This document shows positions 1 through 8,783 of a stretch of DNA of 32,219 nucleotides, piece after piece. Every line of letters begins with the position of its first letter. The stretch's first letter is position 1. Below the pieces are notes generated by a model, which saw only the letters and a program-made list of their open reading frames with translations, was not told the origin of the DNA and did no database searches. Position numbers and translations under genes: made by a program. The DNA is taken from NCBI GenBank assembly GCA_039588275.1, contig JBDHAC010000036.1, positions 1-32,219 on the forward strand, read 5' to 3'. This DNA comes from Gemmatimonadota bacterium. GTDB lineage: Bacteria > Gemmatimonadota > Gemmatimonadetes > Palauibacterales > Palauibacteraceae.

Positions 1-147
1 GCGCCCTACACCCTACGTCTCACCACACAGAGTGGAACCGCCGTCGAACCGACATCGATCGCGGTAGTGGCAGCGTCTGCCCCCTTGCGGCGCTCGCTTT
101 CATAGGTGAAACGTGCACCGGCGAATCAGCGCCCGGAGCTGACCGGC

Positions 148-696
148 TCAGCGCACGATGTCGTCGGGGATCGTCTTGTTCGGTCCCTCGAAATCGGTCG
201 TGATCGCGGCGACCCACCAGCGGCTCCCGTCGTGCGACAGCTCGATGCTGTCCAGGCCGCGGAGCCGGATATCGGGCCCGCCCTCGCCGAAGCGAGGCTC
301 GAAGATCACGAACGCGTGCGCCAGGCTTCCGAACTCGGTCACCTTCATCGCGGCGATCGTCTCGTAGAACCCGCGCTCCTCGAGTTCCGAGTCGCGCCAG
401 AAATCCTTCCAGTCCTGGATGAAGCCATCCACGCTCATCGGTCGCATGGGTTGGCTGCCCCTCGGCGAGAATACGAGCAGCGCTTCCTCCAAGAACACGT
501 CGCGGAACATGTTCCAATCGGGCTCGGGCCCCGGGTCGATCGACACCATGCCGTACAGGGCCTCGATCAGCCCCTCGGGTGTCTGCGCGGCCTCATCGAT
601 CGATGGCGCCTCGGTCGGCTCTTGGGCCTGAATCGACGTGGGAACGGCCAAGCCCGCGAGTGTCAGAGCGGTAGTGTAGCTGAGGGATCTTCTCAT
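148..696 (-). CDS. Secreted NTF2/SnoaL-like fold protein (hypothetical)
   Basis: Likely start MRRSLSYTTALTLAGLAVPTSIQAQ (signal peptide) inside ORF 148..756. The body (LIEALYGMVS..PDWNMFRDVF..GFYE..FGSLAHAF..RGLDSIEL..RWWVAAI) resembles NTF2-like proteins. Confidence 0.7.
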   Translation of the reverse strand: MRRSLSYTTALTLAGLAVPTSIQAQEPTEAPSIDEAAQTPEGLIEALYGMVSIDPGPEPDWNMFRDVFLEEALLVFSPRGSQPMRPMSVDGFIQDWKDFWRDSELEERGFYETIAAMKVTEFGSLAHAFVIFEPRFGEGGPDIRLRGLDSIELSHDGSRWWVAAITTDFEGPNKTIPDDIVR

Positions 697-954
697 CGGT
701 CGTCGCCTGTCATCGCAGCTGATGTTGCTCACCAGCCCCGGTTCTGTGCTCATCATCCCGGTTCGTGTCCGGCACCGGTTTCCACCGGTGCCGAGTTTGA
801 AATCGGCGCCGGTCGATCGCCGAGCACAAGATCGCCGCGCACCAGCACCAGACGGTCACGCTCAGGGCCACGCTCATTGAAACCTGGACGAAATGTCCCC
901 GTAGGGCTATCTGTTAGTGAACGGCGCAACCTGCGCCGCGATCGTTTTCCCACA

Positions 955-1123
955 GGAGCCGTCTCCTGATGAGAAACAGCATCACTCAGACAATCGGCTA
1001 TCCGGCGCACCGACACGGGGTCGCCCCGTGGGTGGGTGCGGTTACGCCGCGCATCGGCGGGTTCATTCGAATCCGGCGGAGCGTGAGCGTTTCCGCGCAA
1101 GCGCTTTGGAGGGAGACGGCGCC
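955..1123. ncRNA. Candidate structured non-coding RNA (long rod with central bubble; 6S-like architecture possible)
   Basis: Closing stem gccgtctcct (958-967) pairs with gggagacggc (1111-1120). Imperfect pairing of 973-987 with 1079-1093. Apical hairpin cacgggg-tcg-ccccgtg (1014-1030) flanked by gcacc/ggtgc. Intergenic, no credible CDS. Confidence 0.35.
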
Positions 1124-1240
1124 ACCCGACTAACGTCCCACATCACATCGACGTGATCAGGTCCAACGGGTTCGCGCTCCCCCAGGGCGAATCCGGTGGC
1201 TGCAATCGTTCAAGAGGTTACTCGAACGGGATCACGATCG

Positions 1241-3550
1241 ATGTCCAAAGAAGCTCTCAGACAAGCTCACACACAGAACCGGGCGATCATCGAGCGCTAC
1301 ACCGACCAGCCCGCCCGTTTGCCGCGGGATCTGAGGCAGCGGCTCGAGGCGGACTGGGACGGGGAGCCGGTGCAGCTCTACGCCATGGCCGACCTCGACG
1401 CGCGCATGCGTCTCACCGAGGCGTGGCTGGCGCTGGGGCCGAGCTGCGTGGCACTCGCGCGCCGAACCGAAGACGGCGAATGGGCCGTCGAGAACGTGTC
1501 CCGCCACCGCGTGGAAGCGGTGCGTGACGCGCCCGGTCTTTCGGGAAGCATCCTGACGCTGCTCGGCGATCCGGACGAGCCGGCGCTGCTCCAGGTGCGC
1601 TTCACGCACCGTCAGAGACGGGCGATGGAGAACCTGAAGTTCGTCCTCGAGGACGGACCGCGCGGGTTCGACGCCGATGCGGGTGGCGGATCCGGCTCCG
1701 AAGCCACCTTCGACGCCGATGCGGAGTACGCGCGCAGCGTGGCCGCGCCCATCCGCGAAGCGCAGGCCCTCGTTGCCGGTAATCGGATGGCGGTGATCTG
1801 GAGGCTTCTCGGTTACCTGAGGCCCTACCGGCGGCAGCTGACGATCGGGTTCACTGCGGCGGGGGTGATCACGCTGGTGAGCCTGATCCCTCCGTACCTG
1901 GCGGGATATCTGATCGATCGCGTCGTGCGGCCGGTCCAGGAGGGGCTCATCCCGGTGGGACAGGGGGCCCTCGTGGCCTGGCTCGCGGTCGGGGCCATGG
2001 CGCTCGTGTACGTCGTGCGCCAGGCCGGGGCCGTGCTGCGTCTGCGGATGATGTCGGTCCTGGGAGAGTGGGTGGCGCGCGATCTCCGCACGGAGCTGTA
2101 CGAGCACCTGCAGCGACTGAGCCTGTCGTTCTACTCGCGCAAGAAGACCGGCAGCCTGATCACGCGCGTCAGCTCCGACACGGACCGTCTTTGGGACTTC
2201 CTCGCGTTCGGCGTCGTGGACGTGTCGCTGTCGGCCGTGATGCTGCTCGGCCTGAGCGTCGTCCTGTTGACGCTCGACTGGAAGCTGGGGCTCGTGATGA
2301 CGCTTCCGGTTCCGGTCTTCTGCTGGGCGATCTACCGCCACGGTGAGTCGCTCAGCCGCGTGTTCGTTCGCGCGTGGAGGAAGTGGTCGAAGGTGACCGA
2401 TGTGCTCTCGGACACGATCCCGGGAATGAGCGTCGTGAAGGCGTTCGGTCAGGAGGAGCGCGAGAAAGGGAGGTTCAACCGGCGCAATTACGACGTGACG
2501 GAGGAATACAACCGAATTCACTACATCTGGACCACGTTCTGGCCGGCGCTGATGCTCGCGGTGCACGGGACGACGGTGGCCGTGTGGGCATTCGCCATCC
2601 CGAGGCTGTTGGACTCGGGTGAGCCGACGCTGAGCGCGGGGACCTTCGTGTCGTTCCTGCTCTACACGACGATGTTCGTGCAACCGATCGAGATCATCGG
2701 TCAGATGGCGCGCACGATTAATCGCGCGACCAGCTCGGCGCACCGCGTGTTCGAGGTGCTGGACACGGAGCCCGAGATCGTGGACGCGGCGGATGCGGTA
2801 CGCCTGGAGCCGGTCGAGGGTCGAGTCGCGTTCGAAGACGTGACGTTCGGCTACGACGGCATCCAGCTCGTGCTCAAGGGCGTGAGCTTCGACGTCCAGC
2901 CGGGCGAGATGATCGGGCTCGTCGGGCCGTCGGGAGGCGGGAAGACGACGATCGTGAGCCTGATCGCGCGCTTTTACGAGCCCACGGGTGGCCGGGTCCT
3001 GATCGACGGGGTGGATCTCCGGCGGTTGGATACGACCCACTACAGGCGTCAGGTCGGGATGGTGCTCCAGGACCCGTACCTGTTTCACGGGACGGTGCTG
3101 GAGAACATCCGCTACGGCCGACCCGAGGCCAGCGTGGATGAGGTGGTCGAGGCCGCGATCGCGGCCAACGCGCACGAGTTCATCCTCGAGCTGGGACAGG
3201 GCTACGACACGATCGTGGGCGAGCGTGGCCAGACGCTGTCCGGGGGCCAGCGGCAGAGGGTGTCGATCGCGCGGGCGATCCTGAACGACCCGCGCATCCT
3301 GATCCTGGACGAGGCGACGTCGGCGGTGGACACGGAGACGGAGCGCAAGATCCAGGAGGCGATGGACCGCCTAGTGGCGGGCCGGACCACGTTCGCCATC
3401 GCCCATCGGCTGTCGACGTTGCACAAGGCCACCCGTCTGCTGGTGGTGAAGGACGGAAGAATCGTGGAGGCCGGCACGCACGCAGAGCTTCTGGCCGTGC
3501 CGGATGGCCTCTACCGCCGCCTGCACGAGTTGCAGGTGGAGCTGGCGTGA
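1241..3550 (+). CDS. ABC exporter, fused permease/ATPase (MsbA-like fold) with ~190 aa N-terminal extension; DUF1854-partnered type
   Basis: TM domain followed by Walker A GPSGGGKTT, signature LSGGQRQR, Walker B ILILDEATSAVD, H-loop IAHRL. ATG at 1241 preferred over 1196. Confidence 0.92.
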   Translation: MSKEALRQAHTQNRAIIERYTDQPARLPRDLRQRLEADWDGEPVQLYAMADLDARMRLTEAWLALGPSCVALARRTEDGEWAVENVSRHRVEAVRDAPGLSGSILTLLGDPDEPALLQVRFTHRQRRAMENLKFVLEDGPRGFDADAGGGSGSEATFDADAEYARSVAAPIREAQALVAGNRMAVIWRLLGYLRPYRRQLTIGFTAAGVITLVSLIPPYLAGYLIDRVVRPVQEGLIPVGQGALVAWLAVGAMALVYVVRQAGAVLRLRMMSVLGEWVARDLRTELYEHLQRLSLSFYSRKKTGSLITRVSSDTDRLWDFLAFGVVDVSLSAVMLLGLSVVLLTLDWKLGLVMTLPVPVFCWAIYRHGESLSRVFVRAWRKWSKVTDVLSDTIPGMSVVKAFGQEEREKGRFNRRNYDVTEEYNRIHYIWTTFWPALMLAVHGTTVAVWAFAIPRLLDSGEPTLSAGTFVSFLLYTTMFVQPIEIIGQMARTINRATSSAHRVFEVLDTEPEIVDAADAVRLEPVEGRVAFEDVTFGYDGIQLVLKGVSFDVQPGEMIGLVGPSGGGKTTIVSLIARFYEPTGGRVLIDGVDLRRLDTTHYRRQVGMVLQDPYLFHGTVLENIRYGRPEASVDEVVEAAIAANAHEFILELGQGYDTIVGERGQTLSGGQRQRVSIARAILNDPRILILDEATSAVDTETERKIQEAMDRLVAGRTTFAIAHRLSTLHKATRLLVVKDGRIVEAGTHAELLAVPDGLYRRLHELQVELA

Positions 3551-3612
3551 TGACCCGCGGGTGCCCGGCCGGGGCACCCGCACGCGCCTCGCGAGGAGAA
3601 AGGAGGAATCAG

Positions 3613-4095
3613 ATGAACGCGAAGCCGGACAAGCGACGGACGCTTCGCATCGAGCGCCGGGTGGACGGCCAGCTGTGGGCCGAGCGAGACGGCGAGACCC
3701 GCCCCGTTTGGGTGCGGCGGTGCTTTCCGTGGTCCGAACCGACCCGGTTCGTGTCGCTCCTCGATCACGAGAACAACGAGTTCGCTCTCGTACCCGACCT
3801 ACGCACTCTGGAGCGCGCCTCCCGGGAGGCGCTCGAGGACGCGCTGGCGGAGGCGGGGTTCGTGCTCCAGGTGGAGCGCATCGAGACCGTAGACGAGGAG
3901 GTGGAGATACGAACCTGGAGAGTCCGCACGAAACAAGGTCCGCGCTCGTTCCAGACCCGATTGGATGACTGGCCGCGCGAAGTCCCCGGTGGCGGCTTTT
4001 TGATCCGGGACGTGGCGGGAGACCTGTACCACGTGACGGATCCACGCCAACTGGACGACGCGAGTCGGGAGTTACTGTGGGCGTTCGTCGAGTAG
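3613..4095 (+). CDS. DUF1854 family protein
   Basis: AGGAGG RBS at 3601, ATG at 3613. Motifs VRRCFPWSEP..VSLLD..E, WRVRT..GPRSF, LIRDVAGDLY..D...LD..SRELL. Follows the ABC exporter as expected for this family. Confidence 0.85.
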   Translation: MNAKPDKRRTLRIERRVDGQLWAERDGETRPVWVRRCFPWSEPTRFVSLLDHENNEFALVPDLRTLERASREALEDALAEAGFVLQVERIETVDEEVEIRTWRVRTKQGPRSFQTRLDDWPREVPGGGFLIRDVAGDLYHVTDPRQLDDASRELLWAFVE

Positions 4096-4119
4096 GGGGG
4101 GCGTAACCGGTCCCCCCCT
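4094..4119 (+). terminator. Possible terminator or stabilising hairpin after the DUF1854 gene
   Basis: aggggggg (4094-4101) pairs with ccccccct (4112-4119). No U-tract. Confidence 0.3.
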
Positions 4120-4348
4120 CCCGCCTCCAGCGGGTTGAGAGCCTGTTGATCGAGCGGTGCGTTTTCAGCTGAAACGTCCCGTCCTCTTCACACCCGCGGT
4201 TGGAGTTGTACCACCATCAACCGGTTCTGAACGCGCGCCCCTGCCTCGCTCGGCGATCTCGACCTCGCCTGAGCGGAACCCGACGCCCTGTCGCGAGTTT
4301 TCTCAGACCTGGCCAGCGATCATCCACGGCTTCGCGAAAGGAAGTGTC

Positions 4349-5569
4349 TTGCGCACGCGAACGGTCCCCCGGGTTTCTACCGTTGCCATCGGCCTCTGCT
4401 CGCTCGCCGTCTTGTGCGCGGCCCCAGCCCTTGCCCAGGACGCGCCGTGGCCCACCTCGGACTGGGCGACCTCCACGCCCGAAGCGCAAGGCCTCGAGCC
4501 CGCGCCTCTCGGCGAGCTGCACCGCGATATTCTTGCGGGGGCGTACGGCTACATCGACCGGCTGGTCGTCGTGAAGAACGGCTATCTGGTCGTGAGCGAG
4601 CGGTACGAGAACGACTACCCGGAGATCAGTCGGGATCGGCACACATCCACGACCGATGCGCTGGCCGGTGGCGGGCGCCCGCACCAGTTCAACTACTTCC
4701 ACCCCGACTTCCATCCGTGGCACCGGGGACGCGACGTGCACACGCTCCAATCGGTCACCAAGTCGATCGCCTCGACCTTGATCGGGATCGCGATCGGCCG
4801 GGGGGAGATCGCCGGGACCGATGTCCCGCTACTCACGTTCTTCGAGGGTTACGACACGTCGGGAGCCGATCCACGGCTGGCGCGCGTGACGCTGGATGAC
4901 CTCCTTACGATGCGATCGGGGATCGAGTGGCACGAGCACGACCGCCCGTTCAACGAGACGAACACGACGCTCCAGCTCGAGGGGAGCGATGATTGGATCC
5001 AGTTCACGCTGGACCAGCCGATGGACGCCGACCCGGGCGAGAAGTGGGTGTACAACAGCGGCGGTAGCCATCTGATGTCGGGGGTTATGCACAGCGCGAC
5101 CGGCCGCTTCATCGATGAGTACGCGGAGGAGCACCTGTTCGGACCGCTCGGCATACCCGACTACCACTGGAAGAAGACCCCGAAAGGCTACCCCGATACG
5201 GAGGGCGGCCTCTACCTGGAGGCGGAGAGCCTGGCCAAGATCGGCTATCTGTTCCTCCGTGACGGCGTATGGGACGGCCGAGAGATCCTGCCCGCGGAGT
5301 GGGTCCGAGCCGCGACCGCCCGCCGGGTCGAGCGCGTCAATTCGGCGGGCTTCGGGTACGGCTACCAGTGGTGGCGATTGCATCGAGACGGTGCCCATGT
5401 GTGGGCGGGGCTCGGCTTCGGCGGGCAGTACCTGTTCGTGATCCCCGAATATGACCTCGTAGGCGTGATCAATAGCTGGAACATCTTCGGCGGTCAGCGT
5501 CGCAATGTCATGATGCCGTTCCTCGATGCGCTGCTGGCCTCCGCCACCGAGCCCGCTCCCGGCCCCTGA
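4349..5569 (+). CDS. Secreted serine hydrolase, beta-lactamase class C / NylB-like family
   Basis: SxxK (LQSVTKS), LLTMRSG, PGEKWVYNS (YxS), GYGYQWW, GFGGQYLFVIPEYDLV. Signal peptide ending APALAQ. Probable TTG start at 4349 after GAAAGGAAG (ORF track begins at 4157). Confidence 0.88.
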   Translation: MRTRTVPRVSTVAIGLCSLAVLCAAPALAQDAPWPTSDWATSTPEAQGLEPAPLGELHRDILAGAYGYIDRLVVVKNGYLVVSERYENDYPEISRDRHTSTTDALAGGGRPHQFNYFHPDFHPWHRGRDVHTLQSVTKSIASTLIGIAIGRGEIAGTDVPLLTFFEGYDTSGADPRLARVTLDDLLTMRSGIEWHEHDRPFNETNTTLQLEGSDDWIQFTLDQPMDADPGEKWVYNSGGSHLMSGVMHSATGRFIDEYAEEHLFGPLGIPDYHWKKTPKGYPDTEGGLYLEAESLAKIGYLFLRDGVWDGREILPAEWVRAATARRVERVNSAGFGYGYQWWRLHRDGAHVWAGLGFGGQYLFVIPEYDLVGVINSWNIFGGQRRNVMMPFLDALLASATEPAPGP

Positions 5570-5587
5570 GGGGCGTGACAGATCTCC

Positions 5588-5673
5588 CGTCCACGAATTG
5601 TACAGTGAATGTCCATGACAGTGGGTTGACACTCCTCGGCGTGTCCGTTATTGTACTGGACACACACTAGACA
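5588..5673 (+). promoter_or_regulatory. Sigma70-type promoter with overlapping operator-like repeats upstream of the fasciclin gene
   Basis: TTGACA (5626-5631), 17 bp spacer, TATTGT (5649-5654). 11-bp-phased repeats cgtcca/tgtaca/tgtcca (5588, 5599, 5610) and tggaca/tagaca (5657, 5668). Inverted repeat GTGTCC-N11-GGACAC (5641-5663). Confidence 0.7.
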
Positions 5674-5697
5674 ACAAACCGAGCCGAGGAGGACACA

Positions 5698-6198
5698 ATG
5701 AAGATTCGTGCGTTTGGCGCCGTATTGGCGCTCGTGCTCTCGATCGCGGTCGTCGGCTGCGATGACGACGAGATGATGGCGCCGGAGACACCCGACATCG
5801 TCGACACGGCGGTTGCGGCAGGTGTCTTCAACACCTTAGTCGCTGCGGTCCAGGCCGCGGATCTGGTCGACGTGCTCAAGGGTGAGGGACCGTTCACCGT
5901 GTTCGCGCCCACGGATGACGCATTCGCACAGCTGCCGGCGGGTACTGTGGAGAGCCTTCTTCTGCCCGAAAACCAAGATCAGCTGATCGCGATCCTGACT
6001 TACCACGTAGTCCCGGGCCGGTTTCTAGCCGCGGACGTGCTGGCTTCCGAGACTCTCCCGACCGTTCAGGGGCAGACGCTCTCGGTCAGCCTCGACGGTG
6101 GAGTGCCGAGGGTCGATGCTGCTGCGATCGTCCAGACGGACATCGAGGCCAGCAACGGTGTGATTCACGTGATCGACTCGGTCTTGCTGCCGCAGTAA
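5698..6198 (+). CDS. Fasciclin (FAS1) domain lipoprotein
   Basis: GAGGAGG RBS. Lipobox-like VVGC. FAS1 motifs [54 protein letters not shown]. Confidence 0.95.
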   Translation: MKIRAFGAVLALVLSIAVVGCDDDEMMAPETPDIVDTAVAAGVFNTLVAAVQAADLVDVLKGEGPFTVFAPTDDAFAQLPAGTVESLLLPENQDQLIAILTYHVVPGRFLAADVLASETLPTVQGQTLSVSLDGGVPRVDAAAIVQTDIEASNGVIHVIDSVLLPQ

Positions 6199-6218
6199 CC
6201 CGCGATGAGGGGGTCTGA

Positions 6219-6259
6219 CGTGGTGCGGGGGAGGGAGCCCCGCACCACGGCTCCCTCCC
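6219..6259. terminator. Strong hairpin(s) between convergent fasciclin and vWA genes
   Basis: 12-bp stem cgtggtgcgggg/ccccgcaccacg (6219-6230/6238-6249). Alternative 11-bp stem gggagggagcc/ggctccctccc (6229-6239/6249-6259). Confidence 0.55.
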
Positions 6260-6300
6260 ACCCAGCGGCTCCCTTCCCCACTGTTCGTCCGCTGACGACC

Positions 6301-8313
6301 TCAGTACGTCTCGGTCTCCAGCAACTCCAGCTCCTGAGCGGCCGATACGAGCCGTACGAACTCGGCGCGATAGCCGTGCTCGTCGTCACCGAGCGCTCCT
6401 CGCGCGAGCCGCAACACGTCGCGGAGGGTGAAGTCGCGGCAGTGCTCCGACTCACGGAGGAGCATCCCGAAGGCGGCGACGGATGCCGCGAAGCGAAGAT
6501 CTATCGAGGCTTCCACCACGCGCTCCCGCACCGGGTGCTCGATCAATCGGCTACGCTCGCCGTCGGGCGCCTTGTAGCGGAGCTTCACGAACATGAGCTC
6601 GTCGCTCGACTCACCGAAGTCCACCGACGCCTCGCGATCGCCCTCCAGACCGCTTGGCTGGCTGTAGCGGAGCGGATCCACGGAGCCGGTTTCGACGGGC
6701 GGCGCGCCCACCGGCACGACCTCGTACAGCGCGGTCACCGAGTGCCCGGCACCCAGCTCTCCCGCATCCTTCGTATCGTCGTTGAAGTCCTCGGCTGCCA
6801 GCAGGCGATTCTCGTACCCGATAAGCCGGTACGCCTGCACGCGCGCCGGATTGAACTCGACCTGGATCTTCACGTCCTTGGCGATCGTGAGCAGCGTGCC
6901 ACCCATCTCGGTCACGAGCACCTTGCGAGCCTCGAGCAGGTGGTCGATGTAGGCGTAGTTCCCGTTCCCGTGGTCGGCGATCGCCTCCATCTTCGAGTCC
7001 TTGAGGTTACCCATCCCGAAGCCGAGCACCGTGAGGAAGGTGCCCTGCTCTCGCTTCTCTTCGATAAGCCGGGTCATCTCGGCATCGCTCGACGCGCCGA
7101 TGTTGAAATCGCCGTCGGTCGCCAGGATGACGCGGTTGTTCCCGCCCCGGATGTGGTTCTCGGCCGCCACCTTGTAGGCGAGCCGCAGTCCCGCACCGCC
7201 GGCCGTCGACCCACCGGCCTCGAGATTCTCGATCGCATCGAGGATCTCTTCCTTGCGGCTGCCGGCTGTGGAGGGAAGGACGAGCCCGGCCGCCCCCGCA
7301 TACACGACGATCGCCACGCGGTCGTCGCGCCGAAGCTCGTTGACCAACATGCGGAGCGACTTCTTCAGGAGAGGAAGCTTGTTCGCGGGTTGCATGGAGC
7401 CCGAGACGTCCAGCAGGAAGACCAGGTTGCTGGGCGGGAGCTCCTCGAGATCCACACGACGCCCCTGTACACCGATCCGCACGAGGTGGTGGCGCGGATT
7501 CCAGGGAGCTCCGGTGACCTCGGTCGCGACCGTGAACGGGTGGTCGCCACGCGCCTGGGGGTAGTCGTACGCGAAGTAGTTGATCATCTCCTCGATCCGC
7601 ACCGCGTCGATCGGTGGACGGTCACCGTTCTGAATGAAGCGGCGGATGTTCGAATACGACGCCCGGTCTACGTCGATCGAGAAGGTCGAGAGGGGGTTGA
7701 TCGCCGCTGCGAGCCACTCGTTCTCCTCGATCCGGGCGTAGCTCTCGGTGTGGAAGTTCGGGTTGTAGCGGCCCGGGAGTCCCGAGATCGAGCGACGGGC
7801 GAAGGCCTGCGCGTTCTGCATCATGACGCCGGCGGTTTTTTGCGTGACCTCGGTCGCGGCTGCCGGGGCGGGTCTCTCGCGGTCCTCCCCGCTCACGATC
7901 ACATCCTGCAGCTCGACTCTGGCTTGATCGAGAAGAAAGTCGGCTCTTACGGTCGGGCCAACCACTCGCACGGTCTTCTCGGCCTCCTGATACCCAATGA
8001 GCCGCGCGCGAAGCGTGACGCTCGCTCCCACCAGCGCGTCGTCGTCCACTTCGATCGTGTACCGGCCAGCACCGTCCGTGAGCATACCGTGTGTGGTGCC
8101 CGTCAGGAACACTTGCACGCCCGCGATCGGGCGTCCGGTCCTGGAATCGCGCACGACACCTTCGAACGTGATGGGCGCTTCAGCGATGACGGTGGTGCCT
8201 TCGACGGTCGCAGACGGGTCCGTCGTCTCGACGGTGGCGGCCGCAGCTACCCAGTAGGACGCGGGGGCTACGACAGCGAGCGCGAAAGCCCCTGCAAGCA
8301 CGCGGATCCTCAT
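6301..8313 (-). CDS. Secreted von Willebrand factor A domain protein, YfbK/DUF3520 type, with N-terminal carboxypeptidase-regulatory-like beta-sandwich
   Basis: Signal peptide. GVVRDSRTGRPIAGVQV..TDGAGRY..LIGY domain. PLSTFSIDVDRASYSNIRR, VRIEEMINYF, MIDAS DVSGSM, ILATDGDFNIG, YRLIGYENRLL..EDFNDDTKDAGELGAGHSVTALYE, RFAASVAAFGMLLR. Confidence 0.92.
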   Translation of the reverse strand: MRIRVLAGAFALAVVAPASYWVAAAATVETTDPSATVEGTTVIAEAPITFEGVVRDSRTGRPIAGVQVFLTGTTHGMLTDGAGRYTIEVDDDALVGASVTLRARLIGYQEAEKTVRVVGPTVRADFLLDQARVELQDVIVSGEDRERPAPAAATEVTQKTAGVMMQNAQAFARRSISGLPGRYNPNFHTESYARIEENEWLAAAINPLSTFSIDVDRASYSNIRRFIQNGDRPPIDAVRIEEMINYFAYDYPQARGDHPFTVATEVTGAPWNPRHHLVRIGVQGRRVDLEELPPSNLVFLLDVSGSMQPANKLPLLKKSLRMLVNELRRDDRVAIVVYAGAAGLVLPSTAGSRKEEILDAIENLEAGGSTAGGAGLRLAYKVAAENHIRGGNNRVILATDGDFNIGASSDAEMTRLIEEKREQGTFLTVLGFGMGNLKDSKMEAIADHGNGNYAYIDHLLEARKVLVTEMGGTLLTIAKDVKIQVEFNPARVQAYRLIGYENRLLAAEDFNDDTKDAGELGAGHSVTALYEVVPVGAPPVETGSVDPLRYSQPSGLEGDREASVDFGESSDELMFVKLRYKAPDGERSRLIEHPVRERVVEASIDLRFAASVAAFGMLLRESEHCRDFTLRDVLRLARGALGDDEHGYRAEFVRLVSAAQELELLETETY

Positions 8314-8443
8314 CGATCATCTCCACTCTTCGGGTACGTATTTCGGGGACCTGCACTTCGGGTCCTTACCTTCAAAGACGATCGGCTCGGACGGCCTTGC
8401 ACACGCGTCGACGCGTACATGGAGTGCGCACGTAGTGTAAGCC

Positions 8444-8496
8444 GTGGGCGGAGCGGACCGAGCTCCCGGTGGGCGGAGCGGACCGAGCTCCCGGTG
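8444..8496. repeat. Perfect 25-bp tandem duplication
   Basis: gtgggcggagcggaccgagctcccg at 8444-8468 and 8469-8493, followed by gtg. Confidence 0.9.
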
Positions 8497-8511
8497 TCCG
8501 GATTCGAACAC
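8494..8511. promoter_or_regulatory. Palindrome, candidate enhancer (UAS) for the NtrC-type regulator
   Basis: GTGTCCG-GATT-CGAACAC (one mismatch), about 95 bp upstream of the sigma54 -24 element. Confidence 0.5.
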
Positions 8512-8605
8512 CCCATCCCGCGACCGCGCGAATCCCGACGACGAAACCGATCGCGCATCCACACGTAACATCATAGGGGAAGGCGACTTCGAATGGCCGC
8601 TCAGG

Positions 8606-8622
8606 TTGGCACCGCAGTTGCC
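8606..8622 (+). promoter_or_regulatory. Sigma54 (-24/-12) promoter of the transporter locus
   Basis: TGGCAC-CGCAG-TTGC (8607-8621) matches TGGCAC-N5-TTGC. A sigma54 activator is encoded in the same locus. Confidence 0.8.
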
Positions 8623-8783
8623 TTTGGAAAGTGGAGGCGACCACCCGGTAGGGGAAGGCAGAGCACGATCCAATGAAGCTGGTTGGCGAATCACCACAAG
8701 ACGAGCCGCGCCGGAGCCGTGAGCGTAGCGGCCGCGAGCGAAGCGGCGGCTCGCGCATCGATATCGGCGGCGGCGGCCCCGGG

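Noticed and set aside
771..792. Perfect 9-bp inverted repeat ggcaccggt-ttcc-accggtgcc
   Set aside because: Real, but isolated and GC-rich; no basis to assign it as an operator or terminator.
966..980. ctgatgag..gaaa resembling a hammerhead ribozyme core
   Set aside because: No stem II between CUGAUGA and GAAA; the three-stem geometry cannot be built.
917..1156. 79-aa plus-strand ORF and overlapping 753..1100 minus-strand ORF
   Set aside because: No clear RBS or protein-like features; the region is better explained as regulatory or structured RNA.
1232..3175. 647-aa minus-strand ORF
   Set aside because: Antisense shadow of the ABC exporter.
4136..4150. gagagcctgttga resembling an IS5-like terminal repeat
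   Set aside because: No partner inverted repeat or transposase seen.
8444..8496. Tandem repeat as a possible CRISPR array
   Set aside because: Two adjacent copies, no spacers, no cas genes.
6205..8568. 787-aa plus-strand ORF
   Set aside because: Antisense shadow of the vWA gene; no motifs, and long shadow ORFs are expected with high-GC codon bias.
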